NCBI GenBank assembly: GCA_049967475.1
Contig: JBMFSQ010000019.1
Location: forward strand, 2,679-66,678
Source: Chthonomonadales bacterium
GTDB taxonomy: Bacteria > Armatimonadota > Chthonomonadetes > Chthonomonadales > CAJBBX01
Direction: 5' to 3'
DNA length: 64,000 nucleotides
Part shown: positions 37,384-46,032 of the stretch, piece by piece
Numbering within the stretch: position 1 is the first letter of the stretch
Layout: the number at the start of each line of letters is the position of its first letter
The notes under the pieces: model-generated
What the model saw: only the letters and a program-made list of their open reading frames with translations
Told to the model about the DNA's origin: nothing
Database searches by the model: none
Position numbers and translations under genes: made by a program

Positions 37384-38592
37384 TCAGCGCGGGTTGGTTT
37401 CCACCCACATGTTGTCGAAGCCATAGTATCCGCCTCCCGAGCTGAAATAGCCCGTCGTATAGTGCAGGCGCACGTTGCCGTTGAAGTTGAAGTTGTTGGA
37501 CACGACCATCCCATAGATGTCGCCCGTGCCGTTGAAGTTCACCGTGCCGCCGGATTCGCCATTGTAGGCATAGATGCCGGCGTCTAGCTCGCTGTTCCCG
37601 TTGATATTGACGGAGCTCGTTTGCGCTACGTAGATGCGCACGGCTTTGGACGGATCGGCGGACATTTTGAGGGAGGCTGTTCCGCCGTTCAAATTACATC
37701 CGCCGCCGGCCCCACCGCTTGGCCCGAACCAGATGGTGATGGGGCCGTTTGTGTTGTTGAAGTAGACCTTGGCATTCCCGTTGAGGATCAGGGTGGTAAG
37801 GTAGTAGTTGGCTCCTCCGGGTTTGCCGTTGAAGGTGAGGGAACCGTTGCCGTTGATGAGCACCGTGTTGTTCGTTATAGCCGGGCTGGCCAGGGCATTG
37901 TCATTGTGAGTAGCCAGATAGGCCAATCCCCCGGGAAACTGTGCCGCCGCGATCTGGTCTACGGTTTGCCATTGAACGGCATCAGCATTGCGCACTGGGG
38001 TGAACCGGCCGGGCGGATTGATGTTTGCTGTGGCGTTTGGACCGTTGAGCACAACGCTTCCCGTGATGGTGGGGTTCCCATTGATGTTCAGTTGCCCGTT
38101 GGAGCCGACACTCCCTTCAACCAGCGGAGAACCGTTGACATTCCCTTGCTTCCTTGCAAATACAGCATAATCCGCCTGAGTGCTGTATCCTCGGACAGAC
38201 ACTCTGATGGAGCGGGTAACGCCTTTGTAGGAACCCGTAGCGATCACATCCAGATACGTCCCCGGCCCGGACCATGGAGTGTTCGTACCCCGGTTCACGC
38301 ATTGCACGGTGTACGATGTGGACGCAATCCCGAAGGGCTGGCTCACGCTTACGGCAGAGGTGTCTGCCTGAGACACATTATTGCTGATCTTGCGGAGTTC
38401 CCAATTCACGCCTGCCTCGGCAAGGTCCAGCGCGGCCGCATAGTTCAGATCATACGTTGCACGCTGCTGATGGGAGGCGCAATAGGCCGCAATGCCGATC
38501 AGCAATATGGAAATAATCAGCACGAAGTAGAGCGCCGTGACCATGGCCACCCCGCGCATCCGGGCGCGTGCAGGCTTACCTGAGCCGTTCAT
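37384..38592 (-). CDS. PilX-N-like membrane-anchored secreted protein with Asn/Gly-rich beta-solenoid C-terminal region
   Basis: The N-terminus RGVAMVTALYFVLIISILLIGIAAYCA ... AAALDLAEAGVNWEL resembles the PilX N-terminal domain, but there is no prepilin G/FTLxE cleavage site. The rest is rich in NGN/NFNG repeats (NINGNPTITGSVVLNG, NFNFNGNVRL). Confidence 0.55.
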   Translation of the reverse strand: MNGSGKPARARMRGVAMVTALYFVLIISILLIGIAAYCASHQQRATYDLNYAAALDLAEAGVNWELRKISNNVSQADTSAVSVSQPFGIASTSYTVQCVNRGTNTPWSGPGTYLDVIATGSYKGVTRSIRVSVRGYSTQADYAVFARKQGNVNGSPLVEGSVGSNGQLNINGNPTITGSVVLNGPNATANINPPGRFTPVRNADAVQWQTVDQIAAAQFPGGLAYLATHNDNALASPAITNNTVLINGNGSLTFNGKPGGANYYLTTLILNGNAKVYFNNTNGPITIWFGPSGGAGGGCNLNGGTASLKMSADPSKAVRIYVAQTSSVNINGNSELDAGIYAYNGESGGTVNFNGTGDIYGMVVSNNFNFNGNVRLHYTTGYFSSGGGYYGFDNMWVETNPR

Positions 38593-38678
38593 GATCGTTT
38601 CCTCCCTTCCCGGCTACAGCCCGAGAAGTGCGGATATCCCTCCTGGCAAAGTAGGTTGTTCCACACATGGGCGCCTTT

Positions 38679-38721
38679 CTGGAGCGCCGGGATCGGACGA
38701 ACCGGCATCCCAGCGCTCCAG
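38679..38721. repeat. 15-bp inverted repeat (strong hairpin) between the beta-helix gene and the PilX-like gene
   Basis: Plus-strand ctggagcgccgggat (38679-38693) pairs with atcccagcgctccag (38707-38721) around a 13-nt loop. 14 of 15 positions are Watson-Crick; the remaining pair is C-A on the plus strand and G-U on the minus-strand mRNA. No U-tract follows. Confidence 0.6.
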
Positions 38722-38761
38722 ACGCGTCCCTGCAGATCATCCTGGGGCAGGCCGCTGACGC

Positions 38762-40354
38762 CTACGGGCCTGTCACCACCACACCCGCAGGGCCGTAGCT
38801 CACACTCCCTCCGAAGGACGTCCCGGTAACGTCAATCGCCAGGCCGCCTGCAAACAGGCCGATCGTTGCGGCATTGAACGCAGAATACCTGGCCGTCACA
38901 TTGGATTGGAGGGATTGAATGCCGATGCTGGCCGGCGCGTTCCAATTGCAATGGTCTGCGTGAACCGGTCCGGAAGCAGTCACAGAGATGAACGTGGAGG
39001 GATCGGCGCCGGCCACCGGCCAAATCTGGCTGTTATCGGCTACGACGCCTCCTTCATCATCCTCTCCACATTCGTCCTCCTCAGCCGAGGCCACCTTCAC
39101 GTACGTCCCAGCTTGGATGAGCGCGGAACTGAAATCCACCCCCTCCTCGGCCAAAATGGAGAGGCCGAAGGGCGCAAAGATCGAAGCCCCGCTGATGTCG
39201 GCACCGTCGTCATCCGCTCCTATGGCGATGGGTCCGGAAGTTGCAAAGAGCGACGCTCCGCGGGCGTGTACCTCTTCGCCCTCGATGGCGATGCTCCCGG
39301 CCTGGATGCTGCTCGGTGCATTCCGGCTGAGGTCCAGTTCCTCGTCGGAAGCCAGGGACACCGTTCCGGTAGCCTGCACAGAGCATCCCGAGAGGGCCAT
39401 CTCATCTTCGGCTGTGATGCTCACGTCCGATGCCTGAAAGCTGGCGTTTGAGGCTTCCAGATCTTCATCCTCCGCCTTCAACAGGATCGAGCCACCGGAG
39501 ATGAAGGAGGTCTGGTCCTTGAGGGCCATATGATCGTGAGACGCACCTTTGATGCTGCCGGCCGTGTCATACACGTAGAAGCTCGCAGAAGATGCGCTCA
39601 GCGCCTTCCCGGCCTGCAGGACGATCCCCTCGCCTACCGCCACCGCGGGACCCACGGCAGCCGGTCCCCAAATTTCACCTATAATGGACCGGCCCGCGGC
39701 TGCGGTGAATGTGGTGACGGGAGGCAGGGTGCCGATCCAGAACAGGTCTGTGCCCGTAGCCGACATTCCGTTGAGGACGATATCCTTGCGCGCCAGTGCC
39801 GTCATGGACACGTCGAACCAGCATGTGGATCCTGTCAGATCAATGGTGCCTCGAGCAGACCCTCCATCGCAAAGGACGGATGTTCCGCTGCGCTGCGACG
39901 CACGCGCCACGCTCTCACCGTGAGAACCATGGAAGCGGTCGTCGTCACTATGCTTCCGCGTAGATCCGGCCTCGAGGACGATGACCGGCGCCTGCAATGA
40001 TCCGTGCACAATGAGATCGCCGCCTGCGCGCAGGTGCAGAGGAAGTGTCAGCACGAGGCTTTGAGACGCAGGGATTACCAATCCGGCCGGCTTCTTGGGA
40101 GGCTTGTAGGTAGATCCGCCGGCGGTCTTTGCCTTTTGAGTGTCGAAGACTCCGTCAGACAGGATGAGCGCATTCACGTCCACGCTCGGGTTGGACGCCA
40201 GGCCGATATCCACAGTCGGTGAGTAGAGGCCGTCGCCGTTTACATCCACAAAGACGAAGCCCGGATCCGCTACAGGCCCGCTTTGCGCTGCGCAAACGCC
40301 GCCGAACAGCACAAGGGTGGCGACGACTGCGGTAATGTGTCGAATGGGAAACAT
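38762..40354 (-). CDS. Secreted beta-helix-type repeat protein (putative adhesin-like)
   Basis: ATG at 40354 preceded by GGAAGGAGGAAG. Signal peptide MFPIRHITAVVATLVLFGGVCAAQ. At least 7 tandem repeats of about 20-22 aa follow the pattern S-[IFVL]-[QF]-A-x3-[IV]-x-[IL]-x-[AG]-[ED]-[ED]-x3-[LI]-S-x-A (SFQASDVSITAEDEMALSGC / SVQATGTVSLASDEELDLS / SIQAGSIAIEGEEVHARGA ...). Confidence 0.55.
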   Translation of the reverse strand: MFPIRHITAVVATLVLFGGVCAAQSGPVADPGFVFVDVNGDGLYSPTVDIGLASNPSVDVNALILSDGVFDTQKAKTAGGSTYKPPKKPAGLVIPASQSLVLTLPLHLRAGGDLIVHGSLQAPVIVLEAGSTRKHSDDDRFHGSHGESVARASQRSGTSVLCDGGSARGTIDLTGSTCWFDVSMTALARKDIVLNGMSATGTDLFWIGTLPPVTTFTAAAGRSIIGEIWGPAAVGPAVAVGEGIVLQAGKALSASSASFYVYDTAGSIKGASHDHMALKDQTSFISGGSILLKAEDEDLEASNASFQASDVSITAEDEMALSGCSVQATGTVSLASDEELDLSRNAPSSIQAGSIAIEGEEVHARGASLFATSGPIAIGADDDGADISGASIFAPFGLSILAEEGVDFSSALIQAGTYVKVASAEEDECGEDDEGGVVADNSQIWPVAGADPSTFISVTASGPVHADHCNWNAPASIGIQSLQSNVTARYSAFNAATIGLFAGGLAIDVTGTSFGGSVSYGPAGVVVTGP

Positions 40355-40593
40355 GCTTCCTCCTTCCCGGGATTTGGCCGGCAGGCATAGGGCAGCCCAA
40401 GCCGGTCTCAAAAGGTTATTCCTGCAAGAGAACGGCCGCTGACTTGGTATCATTGCCGGAACTGCTCCGGGATAGGTGCGGGGTTTGCAATTCCCTTGGG
40501 AAGCACGCGGGAACGCCCGTGGAGGGTAGTATGTAGCAACAGACCCTGATCCTCGCCCGCGGGCTCGTTTACTTCTTCCTGGAGGTGCCGGTT

Positions 40594-41928
40594 ATGCCTA
40601 CCTACGCAGGAGTATGCCAAGCGAACATCACTCCGCCCTTGGGCGTTTGGATGTGCGGCTATGCCTTCCGCCCTACAGGGTGTTTGGGTGTCCACGACGA
40701 GCTCTACGCCCGCGCCCTTGTGGTGGATGACGGGGACGTTCGGCTGGCGATGGTGGCAATGGATCTCATCGGCTTGGATTTCGATCTGGTGGACCAGGTG
40801 CGGCAGCAGGTGTCGGAGGAAGTGGGCATTCCGCCGGACGGCCTCATGCTCAACGCTACCCATACGCACGGCGGGCCCAATGTGCGCGCATTCAATACCA
40901 TGGGCAGCCGGGATCCGGCATACACCGAGGTCCTCGTACGGAAGATCGCTGGGACCGTAAAGCAAGCGGCCGATCAGCTTCGGCCTGCGCAGTTCGTATA
41001 CGGCAGGGCGCCGCTCCAATTGGGCATCAATCGCCGCCAACGCCGCAAGAGCGATGGTCGAATGGTAATCGGTCACAACTATGGCGGTCCCGTTGCTCCT
41101 TGGGTGGATGTTTTGGGCGTGCTCGATGCCCGCGGGGAGCCGTTTGCCCTACTCTTCAGCCACGCTTGCCACGGTACGACGCTCGGAGGAGACAATCTGC
41201 TGATCACTGCGGATTTCTGTGGGACCGCGTACCAGCGGATCCACGCCCACACGTCCGGCACGATGATGCCCTTCTTTCTGCAGGGCTGTGCGGGGAACAT
41301 CAACCCCAATCCTCGGGGAACGTTCGAACATGCCCGCAACCATGGCTTCATGCTCGCCGATGCGGCCCTGGAAGCGCTGAGCAAAGCCACGCCGCTCAAA
41401 CAACCGATCCTCTCCTGTGAGGTGACCTCTGTGGAACTGCCGCTTTTGCCGCCTCCACCCCCTGAAGCGTGCGATCGCGCCATCGCCGAATGGGAGGCAA
41501 AGGTTGAAGAAGAGGAGCGCACTGGCGACATGGGCCGCATCCTCCACGCACGAGGGATGCTCGATTACGCGCGATACGAACGACGCATGGCCGAGCGCCA
41601 AGAAAAACCAAGCACCGAGTTCACTCTCCAGCTATTGAATGTGCACGGAGCGCGCATCCTCGGAATGCCGGCCGAGGTCTTTGTGCAATACGCCCTGGAT
41701 TTCGATCAGCAGGCAGCGGGCCCGGTTATCACTTTGGGATACACCAATGGCGTCCACGGATACCTTCCCACTGCCGCGGATTACGACTTCGGCGGCTACG
41801 AAGTGGAAGCTGCCCATCGGTACTACGGAACCCTTATGTTCGCTCCGGAATGCGAGATGCTCGTACGGCAGGCCTCGTACCGGATGCTCGATATCGAACG
41901 GGGCGTTCTGGTACCCTACCGAGTGTAG
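40594..41928 (+). CDS. Neutral/alkaline ceramidase N-terminal-domain-like hydrolase
   Basis: N-terminal pattern ITPPLGVWMCGY ... DELYARALVVDDG ... LAMVAMDLIGL ... LNATHTHGGP. The ATG at 40594 has GGAGG 8 nt upstream; the track ORF begins at a GTG at 40585. Confidence 0.6.
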   Translation: MPTYAGVCQANITPPLGVWMCGYAFRPTGCLGVHDELYARALVVDDGDVRLAMVAMDLIGLDFDLVDQVRQQVSEEVGIPPDGLMLNATHTHGGPNVRAFNTMGSRDPAYTEVLVRKIAGTVKQAADQLRPAQFVYGRAPLQLGINRRQRRKSDGRMVIGHNYGGPVAPWVDVLGVLDARGEPFALLFSHACHGTTLGGDNLLITADFCGTAYQRIHAHTSGTMMPFFLQGCAGNINPNPRGTFEHARNHGFMLADAALEALSKATPLKQPILSCEVTSVELPLLPPPPPEACDRAIAEWEAKVEEEERTGDMGRILHARGMLDYARYERRMAERQEKPSTEFTLQLLNVHGARILGMPAEVFVQYALDFDQQAAGPVITLGYTNGVHGYLPTAADYDFGGYEVEAAHRYYGTLMFAPECEMLVRQASYRMLDIERGVLVPYRV

Positions 41929-42017
41929 CGCACGCATTCCGAAACAACCAAGGCCCCTCATTCATATCTTAAAGACGGAGGAATGCAATCACAACCCAAA
42001 AGACCGCCGGCGATCCT

Positions 42018-42482
42018 GTGGCCGATTTCACCCTGAAGGACACCGCCGGCCGCCTGTACCGTTCTGCTTCGGCTCGTGCCGAGGGACCGGTGGTGTTTGC
42101 ATTCTACAAACGGTCTTGCCCCACGTGCCTCTATACGCTTCCCTTCCTGCAAAGACTTCACGAGGCGTACGCTGGAGGAAGCGCACGGGTATGGGGCATT
42201 TCCCAAGACACGCCGGAGGACACGGACGCTCTGGCCCGTGAACTTGGGATTACCTTCCCGCTGTTGATAGACGCGGATTTGGAAGTTACGGAAGCGTACG
42301 ACCTCGTGTCCGTACCCAACATCTATTTGGCGGATGAAGGCAGCGTGATCGTGCGCCATGCGCCGGCATTCATTGCGAGCGAACTCAACGCCATGGCGCG
42401 CATCTTCGCCGAGCGAACGGGAATGGCGTATCGCCCGGTGGTGAGGGAAGAAGACCATGCGCCTTCCCTCAAGCCTGGATGA
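42018..42482 (+). CDS. Thioredoxin-fold AhpC/TSA/redoxin family protein (start codon problematic)
   Basis: CxxC motif in FAFYKRSCPTCLYTLPFL. The conserved N-terminal GDPVADFTLKD-type motif begins upstream of the only canonical start (GTG at 42018). See the finding at 41973-42036. Confidence 0.75.
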   Translation: MADFTLKDTAGRLYRSASARAEGPVVFAFYKRSCPTCLYTLPFLQRLHEAYAGGSARVWGISQDTPEDTDALARELGITFPLLIDADLEVTEAYDLVSVPNIYLADEGSVIVRHAPAFIASELNAMARIFAERTGMAYRPVVREEDHAPSLKPG

Positions 42483-42520
42483 GGCTCCCGCCGCCGGTCC
42501 TAGTTGAGGACCGAGACCCC

Positions 42521-42550
42521 CTCAAGAATACGGGGTGCACCTCCGATAAT
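42521..42550 (+). promoter_or_regulatory. Sigma-28 (FliA)-like promoter CTCAAGAA-N14-CCGATAAT upstream of flgF
   Basis: CTCAAGAA at 42521-42528, a 14-nt spacer, then CCGATAAT at 42543-42550, about 83 nt upstream of the flgF ATG. It is identical in both boxes and in spacing to the element upstream of fliK. Confidence 0.55.
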
Positions 42551-42632
42551 CGGGTACGAACCGAAGCGCCGCAGGGCGCATGAGGCGTGAATTTGAAGCG
42601 TACCGCACAAGGGAGGGCACCTCGGTACCAAC

Positions 42633-43400
42633 ATGATACGCGGGCTTTACAGCGCCGCGACAGGGATGCTCGCGCAGCAGGCCGTGCAGGATGCCCTGGC
42701 CTCTAATTTAGCCAATATCAATACCACCGGCTTCAAGCAGGACGTACCCACCTTCAGGGCTCTCTACGATATGGCCCTCAACCGTTACGGCGGCATAGAC
42801 GGGGGAGGCGCCTATGTGGGAAACCTTGGCCTAGGTTCCGCTTTCGACCGGGCCGTAACCGACTTCTCGCCTGGTTCTCTTACCGCTACCCAGAACCCGC
42901 TGGACCTGGCGCTCGTGGGGGATGGCTTCTTCACAGTGCAGACCCCTGCAGGCGAACGCTACACTCGGGCAGGCGCTTTCCACATCGAACCGGTGAAGAC
43001 ACCGCCGGGCGCCAAGCCCATCAGCTACTTGGTGGACGATGAGGGCCGCCGCGTGCTGGGAACAAAGGGCCCTATAGACACGGGCGGTGCGCAGAACGTG
43101 GCGGTTGACGACAACGGAAACGTTTTGGTGAATGGATCCGCCGTGGACCGCCTCAAGATCGTGACGGCGATGCCTTCCCAGATGCGCAAGGAGGGGGGCA
43201 ACGTATTCGCCATTCTAGGCACGCCCGTCGCTGCGAGCCCTAAAGTGCGCAGCGGCTTCCTGGAACAGTCCAACGTCAGCGCTGTGGGCTCAATGGTGCG
43301 CATGATCGCGGTGCAGCGAGCCTACGAGGCGGCCCAGCGCGCAGTGACTTCCCAGGATGATGAACTCAACAAGGTGATCAATGAAGCAGCCCGATTGTAG
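42633..43400 (+). CDS. flgF: Rod protein FlgF
   Basis: MIRGLYSAATGMLAQQ ... NLANINTTGFKQD, with C-terminal GFLEQSNVS ... MIAVQRAYEA. Confidence 0.9.
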   Translation: MIRGLYSAATGMLAQQAVQDALASNLANINTTGFKQDVPTFRALYDMALNRYGGIDGGGAYVGNLGLGSAFDRAVTDFSPGSLTATQNPLDLALVGDGFFTVQTPAGERYTRAGAFHIEPVKTPPGAKPISYLVDDEGRRVLGTKGPIDTGGAQNVAVDDNGNVLVNGSAVDRLKIVTAMPSQMRKEGGNVFAILGTPVAASPKVRSGFLEQSNVSAVGSMVRMIAVQRAYEAAQRAVTSQDDELNKVINEAARL

Positions 43401-43522
43401 CAATCCTGTACCTTCTCGGCCGGACCGCGCAGCAAAGGCTTCGCGGAGGCCGATGCCGCTCCCCAACTGATTGCGGGGAGCCCAAGAACTGCGGCCAAAG
43501 CCGCCGCACAAGGAGATCACAG

Positions 43523-44308
43523 ATGCGTGCACTCAACACATCGGCCACCGGTATGATGGCGCAGCAGTTCAACCTGGACGTCATCGCCAACAACCTGGCC
43601 AACGTAAACACCGTCGGCTTCAAGAAGGCCACCGCGGAATTCCAGGATCTGCTCTACCAGAACCTGCAAACGCCAGGCGCCCTTTCGGCCACCGGAGGGC
43701 AAATCCCCACCGGAGCCCAAATCGGCCTAGGCGTAAGCGCGGGAAGAACCGGCCAGGTATTCACACAGGGCACGCTCCAGCAGACAGGCCGCGAACTCGA
43801 CGTGGCGATCAAGGGCGACGGTTTCTTCAAGGTCCTCCTGCCCGACGGGACCACGGCCTATACTCGCGATGGAGCCCTGGAAATGGATGCCCAAGGGCGG
43901 CTCGTTACCTCCGACGGCAACCCCGTCCAGCCGGAAATCGTGATCCCATCCGACAAACAGCAAATCAACATTGCGCCGGACGGCACCGTGAGCGTTCAGC
44001 GAGCGGGTCAAACGAATTTCGACCAGGTGGGCCGTATCCAGCTTACGCGCTTCATTAACCCGGCCGGATTGGAGCGCATCGGCGGGAACCTTTACAAACC
44101 CACCGCTGCATCCGGAGACCCCATAGACGACAATCCCGGACAGAACGGCCTCGGCACCCTCGTGCAGCAGTCCCTGGAAACGGCCAACGTGGAAGTGGTG
44201 GAGGAGATGATCCGCATGATCACCATCCAGCGTGCGTACGAAACTAATTCCAAGGCGATACAGACCGCGGATGAGATGCTGCAAGGCGCCAACAACCTGA
44301 AGCGGTAA
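43523..44308 (+). CDS. flgG: Distal rod protein FlgG
   Basis: MRALNTSATGMMAQQFNLDVIANNLANVNTVGFKK, with C-terminal LETANVEVVEEMIRMITIQRAYE. Confidence 0.95.
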   Translation: MRALNTSATGMMAQQFNLDVIANNLANVNTVGFKKATAEFQDLLYQNLQTPGALSATGGQIPTGAQIGLGVSAGRTGQVFTQGTLQQTGRELDVAIKGDGFFKVLLPDGTTAYTRDGALEMDAQGRLVTSDGNPVQPEIVIPSDKQQINIAPDGTVSVQRAGQTNFDQVGRIQLTRFINPAGLERIGGNLYKPTAASGDPIDDNPGQNGLGTLVQQSLETANVEVVEEMIRMITIQRAYETNSKAIQTADEMLQGANNLKR

Positions 44309-44338
44309 GAGGGCTCCATTGCAGGTGGAGGCACTTCC

Positions 44339-45337
44339 ATGATGCCATGCATTTCCATACTTCTGCTCACTGCGCTGCTCAGCCCTTCCCAGGGACCCGG
44401 GGTCCAGCACTCGCTTCCTCCCCGACGCACGGCGGCAAAGGTTCGCGTTGTGATCCTGCCGGACCCTGTGGTGTCGGGATCCGTGTTTACCCTGGGCGAG
44501 ATCGCCCGCGTAACCGGCAGCAACGCTCAATTGGTAGCGCGCATCTCCGCCGTGGAAGTTGGGGCGTCGCCGCTTCCAGGTCTCACGCGCCTCCTCTTCC
44601 CCGCTGATGTGCAGACACGGCTGCGCTATAACGGCATTGATCCCGGCGCAGTGGATCTGCAGGCCCCGCCCTCCATCCGCGTGTCGCGGGCGGCCACCCG
44701 CGTGGACAACTCCGCAGTGGTGCGGGCAGCAACGGAGGCTGTGGAAGCGGCAAACCAAGGCGGCGGAGAGCTGATCGTAGAGGCTTCGCCGCCCTCAACC
44801 CAGTTGTACGTGTCCCCAGGCAGCCTCACCTATCTGCCGGGCGCACCACGCGGAGAACTCGGCTCGGGCTCCGTTATCGTTCCGGTAGCAATCCTGGTGG
44901 ATGGAAAACCCGCCAAGAGCGTAGACGTGCTCGTGAAGGTGCGGCGGAGGGTTACAGCCCTTGTAGCGACCCGTCCTTTGGCTCCCCATGACACGCTCAC
45001 TTCAGGGGACGTGACCACCGCCGTTGTGGACGGACCTCCCGGCGGCGCTCCATTTCTTACGGACGTCGCCGCCCTCGTAGGCAAGCGAACTACCCGGCAG
45101 ATTGCCCTGGGAGCTCCGCTCCGTGAAGGTGACGTGGAAGCGGTGCCCGTTATTCTGACGGGAGCGCGCGTAAACGTGGTGATCTCTGCTGGAGGCGTCA
45201 CCATCACAGCTCCTGCCGTCGCCCGCACCCAAGGAGCCATAGGGGACCGCGTGCGCGTCTTTGTCAAAACCACCCGCAAGGAACTTACGGGCACCGTTGT
45301 GGATGCCTCGACGGTGCGTGTGGAGGAAGTACCATGA
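44339..45337 (+). CDS. flgA: P-ring assembly chaperone FlgA
   Basis: Signal peptide, a SAF-like domain and a C-terminal GAIGDRVRVFVKTTRKELTGTVVDASTVRV motif. An ATGA overlap joins it to flgH. Confidence 0.8.
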   Translation: MMPCISILLLTALLSPSQGPGVQHSLPPRRTAAKVRVVILPDPVVSGSVFTLGEIARVTGSNAQLVARISAVEVGASPLPGLTRLLFPADVQTRLRYNGIDPGAVDLQAPPSIRVSRAATRVDNSAVVRAATEAVEAANQGGGELIVEASPPSTQLYVSPGSLTYLPGAPRGELGSGSVIVPVAILVDGKPAKSVDVLVKVRRRVTALVATRPLAPHDTLTSGDVTTAVVDGPPGGAPFLTDVAALVGKRTTRQIALGAPLREGDVEAVPVILTGARVNVVISAGGVTITAPAVARTQGAIGDRVRVFVKTTRKELTGTVVDASTVRVEEVP

Positions 45338-46011
45338 CGCAGAAGATTGCGATGGCGTTGTTGGCTGCGGCCCTCGTCCTTGGAAGTGCTGCCGCACCCG
45401 CCCGATGCGATGGATCGGGCACCCAGGGCCGGCCGGAAGAAAGGCAGGGAGCCGCGGCGCGCCCTACAGGAAGCCTCTTTTCTCCCGAGCATTCGTCGCT
45501 CTTCGCCGATCTCAAGGCTCACCGGGTGGGAGATATCGTAACCATCCTCGTTCAGGAGAGTGCCGTTGCCACCACATCGGCCAACACGAAAACGAGCAAA
45601 GACGAAAGTGCGACGTTCGGAGGGGTCACGGGAGCGCTCAGCGGCCTGTTCAAGCCCCTGGGCATCAAGCACTCGCTCCTGGGGCCCTTCGGCACCAACG
45701 ACAAACGCACCTCCAACGGGTCGGGAACTACGGACCGAAGCGGCTCCCTCGTCACCAAGATTACTGCAGTAGTGAAAGAGGTGATGCCCAATGGCGATCT
45801 CAAGATCGAAGGCAACCGCGTAGTGGGCATCAATCAGGAGAAGCAAAAGGTCACCATCTCAGGCATCGTCCGGCCGCAAGACGTGGGTCCCGATAACACG
45901 GTGTCTTCCGTGTCCATCGCTGAAATGACGGTGCAATACGACGGCAAGGGGCCTGTTGGGGCTCAGCAAAAGCCGGGCCTGATTACGCGGCTGTTCCACT
46001 GGCTCTTCTGA
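45334..46011 (+). CDS. flgH: L-ring protein FlgH
   Basis: Signal peptide, then LFADLKAHRVGDIVTILVQE and NGDLKIEGNRVVGINQEKQKVTISGIVRPQD. Confidence 0.9.
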   Translation: MTQKIAMALLAAALVLGSAAAPARCDGSGTQGRPEERQGAAARPTGSLFSPEHSSLFADLKAHRVGDIVTILVQESAVATTSANTKTSKDESATFGGVTGALSGLFKPLGIKHSLLGPFGTNDKRTSNGSGTTDRSGSLVTKITAVVKEVMPNGDLKIEGNRVVGINQEKQKVTISGIVRPQDVGPDNTVSSVSIAEMTVQYDGKGPVGAQQKPGLITRLFHWLF

Positions 46012-46032
46012 ACCTGCGCAAGGAGATCGGCA

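Noticed and set aside
41983-42036. A 17-codon upstream ORF (MQSQPKRPPAILWPISP) considered as a leader peptide for the thioredoxin-fold gene.
   Set aside because: The GGAGG is only 1 nt from this ATG, which is too close for a functional SD. It is more parsimoniously explained as a frame problem or a non-AUG start (see the finding at 41973-42036).
43401-43522. CCCAAGAA (7 of 8 match to the -35 box) upstream of flgG, considered as a third copy of the flagellar promoter.
   Set aside because: The sequence 14 nt downstream is GCCGCACA, only 2 of 8 matches to CCGATAAT. I do not treat it as a promoter of this class.
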